DNA from: Vicugna vicugna
Lineage: Eukaryota
NCBI GenBank assembly: GCA_013265495.1
Contig: MU062166.1
Location: forward strand, 2,944,088 to 3,008,087
Length of the DNA stretch: 64,000 nucleotides
Reading direction: 5' to 3'
The notes beneath the pieces are model-generated. The model saw nothing but the letters and a program-made list of their open reading frames with translations, did no database searches and had not been told where the DNA came from. Shown here piece after piece: positions 23,501 through 33,718 of this stretch; position 1 is the stretch's first letter, and the number at the start of each line of letters is the position of its first letter. Position numbers and translations under genes: made by a program.

Positions 23501-24485
23501 GCTCAGCCTTGCGCTCTGACTGGCAGTGTCCCCTCATCCAGCCCCCGGTGGTCTCCTGCCAGCACATTGTCGGTGTTCACTGAGTGGAGTGGGTAGCTTG
23601 GGTCCTTTCCCAGAGATGTGACAGGGACTGGCCCGTGCTGCGAACAGCCTCCCTTTCTGCTTCCCCCAACTCAAGCTCTATAGGTTTCCTGGCATTGGCA
23701 GGCACATGTTAGGGCCTGGAAAGGAATCTGGGCTCCTGGGGCAGGTCCAACCCCACCAAGGGCCTGTGTGACCCGGTCCCCTTCAGGCCTGCCAGGCTGG
23801 CACACAAGCTCTTGATTTCATCGTCAGGGAAACCAAGTCTTTCTGCAGACGTCATTCATGTCCTTGGGGTGATAAGGGCGCGTCACGTCTGTCGTTCTGC
23901 CACTTGCCACACTCCGATAAGGCACAGCATCTGCTCGTCCTTGGAGGGCAAGATAAATTTAGATGTGGCAGATTTAGAACATCAGGTGACCTGTCTGCAG
24001 CTGTAGCTCTCAGCAGGGAGAGGGTGGCCTGGTCAGCCCCACAGTTTGCTGGGTGTTAGTCTCACCTCTCCACCAAGATCAGCAGCCACTTGAAGGCAAG
24101 GGCTGGATCCTTGGTGTCCAGCCTGCGCTTGGGTACAAGCAGGATGATGCTCGGTGATCACAGTTGGTGGGTTTCATGTTTGGAGATTCTTAGAATGGAG
24201 CACTGGTAAGGATTTTGCAGATGATCTGAAATTGTGATTTTCAAAGGCTGCTCTGCAGGGAGCAGCAGCAATCCAGCGGAGGCTTCTACCTGAGCAGGGT
24301 TTCTTTTTACCTTTTATATTTGGTCTTCTGTGTAAGATTTTATTTCAGAATTAAAACCGAGTTTGAAACCCACTGCTCTAGGCCAGGTCTCCCATTTTCC
24401 AGATAAGTAAACTGTGTCCCAGAGAGCCAAGTGACTTGCCAGGGTCTCCCTGTGGCCTGACTCCAAGGCAGGCACCTTCCCTCCC

Positions 24486-24999
24486 TGTCTTAGTCAGCTC
24501 AGGCTGCCAGAGCCAGATGCCACAGACTGGGGAGCTTACACAGTGGAAATTTACAGGCTTCCAGTTTTGGAGGCTGGAAGTCCAAGATCAAGGTGTCTGC
24601 AGTGTTGTTTCCTTCTGAGCACTGTGAAGGAGAATCTGCCCCAAGCCTTCCTCCTAGCTTCTCGTGGTTGCTGGCAATTTGCAGCATTCCTTGGTTTGTA
24701 GAAGCGTCACTCTAACCTTGTTTTCATCCTCACATGGCATTCTCGTGTGTGTGTGTGTGTGTGTGTGCGCGTGCGCGCATGTGCATGCATGTGTCTGTGC
24801 ATGTCCAAATTTCCCCCTTTTGTAAGGACGCCAGTTATAGGAGTCTTTTATTGGATTTGAGTTAACCCTAATAACCTCACGTTAACTTGATTACCCCTGT
24901 CAAGACCCTGTTTTCAAATAAGATCACATTCTGAGGTCCTAGAGGTTAAGCGGAGCTCCAGCATAACTTTTGAGGGGAATCACAATCCAACCCCTAGTA
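24486..24999 (-). mobile_element. MLT1C-like MaLR LTR with an internal (TG)n expansion
   Basis: TGTCTTAGTCAGCTCAGGCTGCC..GGAGGCTGGAAGTCCAAGATCAAGGTG..CACATTCTGAGGTCC. Confidence 0.9.
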
Positions 25000-25379
25000 T
25001 CCACCTTCTCACACGATCTGTGTGGAGTTCAAGTTCAAGGGGCCAGAGGATCCCGATTCCCACCAGGTCTGGGGCTGGACCCTTGCCTCCTTCCCCACCC
25101 TGCTCGAGGTTAACCCCGGCAGGCCCAGGCAGACCTCTTCCCCAGAGGCCACAGGAATGTCCTGGGGAGGATTTACTGCTTTCCAAAGCATGTGGCATGG
25201 TGCTTTTTTGTTTCCTCTTTTTATTGTTATTGTTCAAGTAAGTGTAATTGGTAAATTGCTTTGCTAAAAAACATAAGAAAACTTTCATGAAAGGCCACCC
25301 ACAATTTTACCAGTTAGCTATAGCCACGCTTAACACATACATCTAGTTCCTTCTAGCTTTTTTTCCTCTCTGCACATAC

Positions 25380-25451
25380 CACGGGGTTTTATTTTCCCCT
25401 TTCTTCTTTTTTATTTTTAAATTGAAGTACAGTTGATTTACAATGTTGTGT
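25380..25451 (-). mobile_element. Ultra-short L1 3' end insertion within an L1ME remnant (~25270-25520)
   Basis: AAATTGAAGTACAGTTGATTTACAATGTTGTGTT plus T-rich tail, flanked by TGCACATAC (25371-25379 / 25452-25460). Confidence 0.65.
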
Positions 25452-26835
25452 TGCACATACTATGGTTTCGTTTCATAACTTTTTTTCTTAATATAATTTC
25501 AAAAACATTTTCCCACATCGTTAAAATCCTCTATAAAAGTGATTTATGTCTTTCCATTTGATGCGTATTTATTGAGTGTCAGGCACTGGGGATACATCAG
25601 TGAACAAAACACAAAATTCCCGTTCCCATGGGCTGTCCGGAGGGGTGAGTACATACTCCGGTGGACAATGGGGAACTAGCCTCTTGCCTTCCTCCCAGCA
25701 TCCGTCCAGGCCCCTAGTCTGTCCCCACCTACTGCTTATTTATTTCCTGAGGGCGGATTCTTCCTTTAAGTTATCTTGAAAATAAGCCCTCGCCCCTTAG
25801 CCTGGCATGAACCTGATTTTTAAAGGCTTCCTCTCTATCCCATGTATATGTTGTACTTTGGGTTTGGTTTTGTTTTGTTTTTGGTCCTCTAGTTTTTGCC
25901 ATTATAATTAGCATGCAGATGAACATCTTTGTATCTCATTGTGACATTGCGATCTCTGGCTCAGAGGTGAGAAAGCCCACACTGTCTTTTTGAAGGCAGA
26001 CACATTCAGCTAAACCTGCAGCCTGTGCTGTGGCCTCTGCCTCCTTTACTTCCTCTGGAATGTTCCATTCCCAGCTCATTCTTGCATCTGCAGACGCCAT
26101 TAGCCTGAAATGTGCCGTGGATGGACAAAGCCAGTGAGGTTTGGTGAGCACCTCGGCCCTGCTTGCCAGCCCCGATTCATTGCAGGCGCAGCCCTGAGAA
26201 GGGCTTTGCTGTCTGCTTTAAGGCCTGTTGCTGAAAAATGGGAAAAAACAAGCTAGTTTATGCAGCAACGGGGATCTCAAACCAGCACAAGGGGCCAGCC
26301 GACCCGCAGCAGCCTGGGCATGACAGAGTTCTGCCCCATAAAGAGACACTGGGACAACACTCCTCGTGGTCTCTGCCCAGACTCTATTTACGGAATTTAT
26401 TTCCCGGGCTCCGTCTGTTCAGCAGCACCTTGGCAGCATTGCCCGAGCGTCTGTCTCAGCGCGTTAAACACCCCTTGTTCCGAGTACCCCAGAGCTAGCA
26501 CCCAAGAGGGAGTGAGATGAAAAAATGTGGGCAGAGGAATATTTGGGGCCAATATAAACTTTCAAATTAAAAAAAAAAAAAAGAACGACAACAAAAAAAT
26601 GTATCCCCTAAAGAGCTGCTGTGGGCACGAGCGCCTGCTGACTCCAGCTGTGGGCCCTTCCAGCCAGTGTCAGAAAGGAAAATGCAAAGTCGAGAAACAC
26701 GCCAATCAGGTGTTGCTTTTTGTTCGTTTTGTTTGTTTGTTTTTTCTGTTTCACAGCTGTGCTGTCCTTGCATCGTCTTTGAAACTTATTTTTAAAATTA
26801 TCTTTCAGTTCTTTTTCTCTTTACAAAAATAGTGT

Positions 26836-26974
26836 GGGGGAGAGGGTATAGCTCAGTGGTAGAGGCCATGTTTAGCATGCATGAGGTTGTGGGTTCAATC
26901 CCCAGTAACTCCATTGAAAAAAAAATTAAAATAAATAAATAAACCTAATTATCTCCCCCTCCAAAAACAAAACA
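26836..26974 (+). mobile_element. Vic-1-type SINE (copy 4, long tail)
   Basis: Intact A box TAGCTCAGTGG and B box GGTTCAATCCC; TSD AAAAATAGTGT/AAAAATAACGT. Confidence 0.9.
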
Positions 26975-27399
26975 AAAAATAACGTAAACCCACTGATGAA
27001 ATTTCCAAAAAATATCTCAAAAGAGGAAAATAAAAATTGCCAATAACTACTGTTAACATTTTGGTCTGTGGCCCTTTCATAGTTCGTTCTGCTTCAAGAG
27101 AGAGAATTGTACCAGCTATCTTGTTTCCCTGACCAGAAGTCAGGTGCCATTTTAAGTTGAAATATATGGTGGTAGAATCCCCACTAGACTGGGAGGCTGA
27201 AGACCCAGGTTGCTATGCTACTCCTTGGATCTGTGGCCTTGGGAAAAATCACTTAACCTCAACTTGCCCATCTTTAAAATGGGAATCCAGTAATCCAAGT
27301 GGCCAGTGGAGTTACTAGTAGAAAATGCTTTACAATGAGCTCTACAAATTGTTGCTGGCCATTTTCAACGTGGTCGTGTGACCTTTTCTTCTAAACCTC

Positions 27400-28080
27400 G
27401 CTGTGTGTCTGATCTTGGGGACAGTCACCATCCCCCACCTGGCTGCCCAGAGACCTGGGAGTCTCCCTTTCCCTCTGCCCTGTCACCCCCGCCCCTGTCC
27501 AGTGCACACAGCCAGTCCCTCTCCAGTACCAGGTAACTCTGCCTCCATAATATTTCTTGGGGGCAGCCCCTCTCTCCCCATCCCCACCGTTCTTCTTATC
27601 CTGGCCGCTACCTTCACCTGCCTGAACTCTGGTATTGCTACTGACTCCCTGCAGGCTCACTTGTTTCCTACCAAGCACTACGTAGCTGCCAAGAGGCTCT
27701 TTCTAAAACATTCTTCTGACCGTGTGACCCACCCTGCTTCAATAGCTTTCCACTGTGGTCAGGATGGAGCCAGAAGGTCTTATCAAAGCCGACCAGACCC
27801 CGCCTTACCTGCCCTTCCTTATTGCTCCAGTTTCACTCCCACTTACCCATCCCAGACTCAGCCTTTCCTTTTTGTTTCTCCCCTTCTCCAAGCCTTTGCC
27901 TGGTACACTTCCCTAACTCTGCCTGGTAATCGACTCATCTTCAGTCTTCTACCTTGCAGGTCACTTCCTCCAGGAAGCTTTCCCTGGTGACCCCACCAAG
28001 TCTGGGTTTGGTCCTCACTCTTGTGGTGGTCTGGTGACTTGTCTCTTCCTCCGCTTAACCACAGGGTAGAGCCTAGATCT
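27400..28080 (+). mobile_element. L2 LINE remnant
   Basis: GGCTCTTTCTAAAACA..CACTTCCTCCAGGAAGCTTTCCCTG, L2-typical segments. Confidence 0.7.
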
Positions 28081-28115
28081 GCCTGCCACCACACCAGGCC
28101 CTTTGAGAACCTTGA

Positions 28116-28232
28116 TTTTATTTTTAAAATTTTTTTATTTTTATTTTTTGGTCAATGGAGGTAGTAGGGATTGAACCCAGGACCTTGTGCTTGCAAAGCA
28201 TGCGCTCTACCACTGAGCCATAACCTCCTCCC
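28116..28232 (-). mobile_element. Vic-1-type SINE (copy 5, short tail)
   Basis: GGGATTGAACCCAGGACC..GCATGCGCTCTACCACTGAGCC with a T-rich tail; TSD not recognised. Confidence 0.9.
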
Positions 28233-28789
28233 TGCGTGGATGGTTTTGCCTTAATCTTCCCAAATGCTGGATTGATTGCTGATAGGTCTAATTTTTCTCT
28301 GTGAGTTCTTTTAAAAATCCCTGGAAATGTGGATAGAGAACAGCATTCACCTTGTTAGTTCTTAAGTAGCTGCTGTGATCAGAAATGGTTTAGGACAGAG
28401 ATGTCCAATTGTACCCCCCAAGGGCGGTGACCTCACTTTTCTCTCCCTTATGGGTCCTCTACTGACTCAAGGGGCAGCGTGGGAGAGTCCGAGAGAGGCG
28501 TGTGTGCTGCCAGCACGGCGGTCATACCACGCCCCTCTGGCTGCCTGAGCATGACTGGTGGGTAGAGATAGGTACGGAGGCAATGCTGCCCCAGACCTTT
28601 GGCTGAGCCCAGCCTGGGGCAGAGCAAGGTGCTGAGAATGGCTTTGCCAAAATACTCCATCATGAGGCTTGGGTGTCAGCAACTCTGGGAGTGCCCAGCA
28701 GCTGTAGGCACTGTGCTTATTCCTCAGGCAGGTCAGCTGGAACGAAGCTGTTGAGGGGCTCACCAGCTCTGTCAATTTAGGGTGGAGAC

Positions 28790-29010
28790 AACAGTGAAGA
28801 GCATGAGCTCTGGCATCAAAGGGACCTGGGTTTGAGCCACTCTCTGTTCCCTACTGACTGTGGCTTGGGGCAAGTGATTTAACTTCCCTAATCCTCAGTC
28901 TGTCTGCAAAGTGGGAATAGGAGTGTTGCAAGGATTAAATGGAGACATGCATGGGGAGGGCTCGGTCCAGGGCCTGGCTCACAGTGTTTTGCTCATGGGC
29001 AGCTGCCTCG
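28790..29010 (+). mobile_element. MIR SINE
   Basis: GACCTGGGTTTGAGCC..GGGCAAGTGATTTAAC..AAGGATTAAATGGAG. Confidence 0.85.
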
Positions 29011-31544
29011 TCACCTTCCTCTTCATTATCACTGTTGTCAACAGGCCCATTCCATTCAGAGCTTTGTTTCTTGGTTCCCTGGGCAGTGGTTGCCAGGTCC
29101 TGCTGGTTTTAAGTTTATCTGTTCATTCATTCGTTCATTCATCTGTTAAGTCCTTACTCTGTGCCAGGGATCCGGGGAGCTGCCAGGTGGTGGGGAGCTG
29201 TTTTCCGGAGTGACTTTTGGCAGCATGGGCTGGGCCATGCATTTCCTTTCTGTAACCTTTTCCCCCTAGTCCTTGAATGTCTGTTTACTAACTCTTAGCA
29301 GACTTAGAGTTTCTGGATGGCTACCCACCAATACGCCCCTCCTTAAAGGCCAGCTCATCCATCCCTCTGCCTCCAGGCAGGAGGGGCCCCAACCAACTCA
29401 GACACATGGAGTGATAGCCAATCCCACCCATGAATCTGTGTCCAGCTTTCATTCTGGGCAAGGCTCAGCAGAGGGTCCCCAGGGGGATGTGAGGTCAGCT
29501 CTGTCCCTTAAGGACCTGTCCCTAGTTGGGGAGTCGGGACAGAAAGCACACACACGATGCTGGGTAGCAGCCATGTGAATGCGGGCAGCTGTCCAATGCC
29601 CACAGTACCAAGTGCCCAGAGGTGGTGGGGGGTGGGCAGAGACATCTATGCGGGACGAGAAGTTTCCAGCCGAGTTGGTAGAAGAAAAGGAAGACTTTTG
29701 GGGTCAACAGGTTTGGCATCATCAGCAATATCCAATCAGCAAGCATTTCCTGGGCACTTACCGTGGCCAGGCTCCAGGCCAGGCTGCTTAACTTACAGAT
29801 ACGCGCTCATCGAAGCATGACAAAACCCAACGGTCCCGGTGCCGTTTTCCCCACCTCTACTTTATGGATGCGGATGCAGAGATTCAAAGAGATTAGTAAA
29901 TTGCTCAGTTACAGAGCTCTGGAACAGAAGCAGAGCCTGGCTTCAAAACTGGGCCTGAGTCAAGGCCGTGCCAGCTGTGGTTTCCACCATGTTGGCCGTG
30001 GTTTCCCCATGGAGGTAGGACAGCATGGGGCATTGGTTTGGTGAGTTTGTGCAGAGAAATCATGAGGGAGAATGTCTAAGAGAGGCTGAGTCAGGCCAGA
30101 GACACCATCCAGGCCTCCAGCCTGAAAGGTTAGGTCTTTGTCCTGCAGAAAGCAAGGAGCCATTGAATATTCATCTCTGATAGGCCCTGCAGCCGTTCTC
30201 AGGGTGAGAGCGGGGAGCAAAGAGAGGCTGTGGATGGAGCAGGCGGGGCTTTCTGGGCGATATGAGATTCATTCATCCAGATATTTATCCTTTACCTACA
30301 GTGTGCGAGGGAGAAACGAGACAATGTTTCTCAAGTACCCAGCCCAGGACCTGGAATGTGTCAGAAATGGCCTCCACTTCTGATGATGGTATGCCCTGGC
30401 TCAGGTAACGCCACAGGAGGCAGGAGTGGCTCGAATCTCTCTCACCTGCCGTGTCAGGCTGGGAGATGGTTTCTCTTTGTGACGCTGCGTCACGGGATGC
30501 CTGTCACATCACCTGTGAGGTCTCCGAGCCAACAGCTGTTCCCGCTACCCACCTGTCTCTCCCTCCTCTTTTCGGAGGTGATTTCTCGCTCCCCTGCTGT
30601 CTGTCCTCCCTCCCTCATCACCTGCAGGGCCTTTTAGAAGGCAGCAGATGGCCATGAATGTCACAGTGGGCGTCTGTTTGCTGGTGATGTGGCTAGGGTC
30701 TGGCTGGGACATGACCTCAGGCACATCCCAGGTGGGGTTCGCAGACCAGAGCTGCCTGGGAATCAGAATGTGGATGTGGAAAGCAGAGGAAGCTCTCCAG
30801 TCCGACAGTCCCCTGACCTCCTCTGGCCAGCCAGCCATGAGACTCATTCTTTTGGGTCTTTTGCCACCTTCTGTCCTTGGCTGGCTTTAACATGAAAGGG
30901 ATAGTTCTCAGCTGGGCTTGCTTGCTGCTGTGTTAACTTTCCAACCTTCCCCCGGCCTCTCGGATTCCTGTTTCCTGCAAGGGCTTTACCAGCCTCGCCA
31001 GGGAGAAACTTCCAAGTTCCTGTCTGCAGTTGGTTGGATCTGCCCCCCTTCTCCATCTCATTGCCTTGACATGCATCACCCTGCTTGGACCAGTGCAAGT
31101 CACCTTTTCAGTGGGCCTCTGTTTCTGGCTCATTTCTTTTTCCTGCCTATCCAATCTGACCTTCTTGTTTGCTGTTCTTAGCACTCAGAAGCTTTGTGAC
31201 TTTTCTGAAGACATCAAAATTGAGACTTCCAGCAGATGTGAATGGGTTTTCTGCTGCTTATGGGACAAAGTCCAAACCACACAGCCCAGAGGCTCTTAAC
31301 CTCTGGCCTGTCTTCTGCGCCTCCAAAATTGGTCTCTGATTTGCTATATGAAGCCACCCAGCGTGGTCCTCTCCCCATAACTCCCCATCCCTGGAAGCCT
31401 TCAGACTTCTCATACCCTTGGATAAACCTCTACCAGGTTGATGGTTAACAACTTGGCCTTTTAAGTCAAATTCCTGCTCTTCTATTGAGGATCTGTGTGT
31501 CTTTGAGCAATTTGCTTAACCTCTCTGAGCTGCAGAGACAGAAC

Positions 31545-31790
31545 AAAAATCATAATGATACTGATAGGTCTCACTGACCAGGTGGTGGTTATGTGCCAGG
31601 TCCTGTGCCTGACACTTTGCATTACCGCTTTACATACACCCCCATAACCCTATGAGGGAGGCATTATTTTCAAGCTCATTTGATGAATGAGGAAACCGGG
31701 GTTTGTGGCAGTGAAGTCCCTTGCCCAAGATCACACACCAGAAAGGGGCAGAGCTAGACTCAAGTCCTGTCTGAGAGGTGGTCTTCACCC
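31545..31790 (-). mobile_element. MIR SINE
   Basis: TTATGTGCCAGG..GATGAATGAGGAAACCG..AAGTCCCTTGCCCAAGATCACAC. Confidence 0.85.
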
Positions 31791-33704
31791 ACAGACGTGG
31801 CGACCACACCATACACTTTTGAGGGTTGCCAGGGGATTTAATGTGGCTGCACATTTGGAAGTCCGCCCGGTGCTGAGCACCCAGGGGAACTCGGTAAACA
31901 GGGTTTTTTTTTCCTGTTTCTAGGCCTTTACTCAGGCCACATCCTCTGTCCTCCTCTCTGCCTGGCCAGGCACTTCCTGCAATGTCAGCGGACCCCTGCC
32001 CAAAATAACCACCTGCCCCCTCCACCCTGGAGGATCAGAACTAGGCTTCGGGTGTCTGACTGTTTTCCTAGACGATGCATGGTGCCTTCGGCGCCTTTGC
32101 AAGTCTGGCTGCTTCTCCAGGGCCTGGGTCCCTGTGGGAGCTGAGAAGGTGTCCACGAAACCAGCGAGCTAGCAAGGGGATCAACAGGGGAGGAGAGAAT
32201 GGTGAGAGGGTGTGGTTGCCCAGGGACCCAAGGAGAGGTCCTCTGGAGATGCTGTGCAGCTGTGGGCAGTTTCTCCCTGGACCTGGGGTTGTTACCCACC
32301 AACCTGGCTGCCCCATTTTCACCCCTCCGTGGTCTGTAAGGTTTGGCACTAGCTTCAGTTATTTCCTGGGTCAGTTTATCATTTTCTGGGACAGGAAGGA
32401 AAGAGCCTCATGAGGCCAGGTTTACAGAGGATGAGCACTGTCCTCCTGCAGCTGGCTCCCCACCTGTGGACACTGCAGACAAGCCTCAGGCCTGTCTGTG
32501 GGGCCTGGCAGTGCCAGTTCCTCTGTCCTGGGAATGGCCTAAGGTCCCTCTGGGACGTGCAGGCTGGAGCCACAAGGCTGAGGCATCTCTACCCGCTGAC
32601 AGGCTCCCTGGCTGACCATCAGCCTGCCGTCAGAGAGGGCTGGCTGGCTCCTGGGCCCTGCTGGGAAACCTCACAGGGACTGGGGGTCCTCCCTGCTCCC
32701 CTGACCCCCAAGCCCTGGCTGAGGCACTGGAGAAACCAGTTGACCAGAAAGCTCAACCGAATGCATCGGCCTTTCTTGTTTTTCCCTCCCGAGAACAGTC
32801 TCCTTTGAGGACAGCGCTGGCCGGGCCTCCTCTCAGGGTTGAGCAGGGGGCACTGGCTAGAATCTTTCTCCCGGGAATGGATGGGAGGCAGTCTCGTGGA
32901 GACTGGACTGATTTGCTGTCTGCTGGACGCATTCCCCAACCTGAGCCACAAGGTGTGGTTATGGTGACCAGGAACCTTTTCATTTCGGTTGGCAGCTCAG
33001 TCCTGAGGGCTGAGGTACAGCTGGCACCTGGCTCATGTGAAGGGAGACCAGGCTTGTGCTATCTGCTGCCCTCTAGCTTTCCAGAAGAGTCTGTAGGGGG
33101 TCCCTCCTGTTGGGGGAATTGTCCTCAGCCTGGCACTTGGGCACGTGTGCCCGAGTGTGTGTGTGTCCATCACCAGACCGTGTGCCCTGGAGGCAGGCTG
33201 CTGGCTGTCGTGTGTCCCTCCTCCCTCCACAGATCTCAGGTGACGTGACTCTGACCTGGAGACAGCACCAGCAAGGGAAGGCATTGGAGAGTGTTCTGGG
33301 CCAGGAGCTAGACGTTCTAAATTCTGCTCGATTCCTACTCACCAGCTCTGTGCCTTGAGCCAGTCATCCACCTCTCCAGTTCTCAGTCTTTGTTTTGTTT
33401 TCAAGGAACGGACTTTATTTTTTAGAGCAGTTTCAGTCTTGTGGGAAAATTGAGCACAAATTTCAGAGAGTTCCCAGAGAGCCCCTCTCCAAGCCTCAGT
33501 TTTCTCACCTGTCAAATGGGGATAGACATCCACCTTGTTCTTACTGTGCTGGGTGCGTCCCCTTCACCCCATCTTATGGGTGACATCGCTGAGGCTCAGA
33601 GACAAGGGGCCTGCTCAGGGCCATTGGCTGCAGAGTGTGAAAACCTAACTGGGGATCCAAGGAGAAGTGAGCCGTGGGGTGGGGTGGATGAGGTGCCGCT
33701 GTTT

Positions 33705-33718
33705 CTGCCCCCTGCTGA
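33705..33718 (-). promoter_or_regulatory. Candidate CTCF site
   Basis: TCAGCAGGGGGCAG, one mismatch to the CCASYAGRKGGCRS core. Confidence 0.35.
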
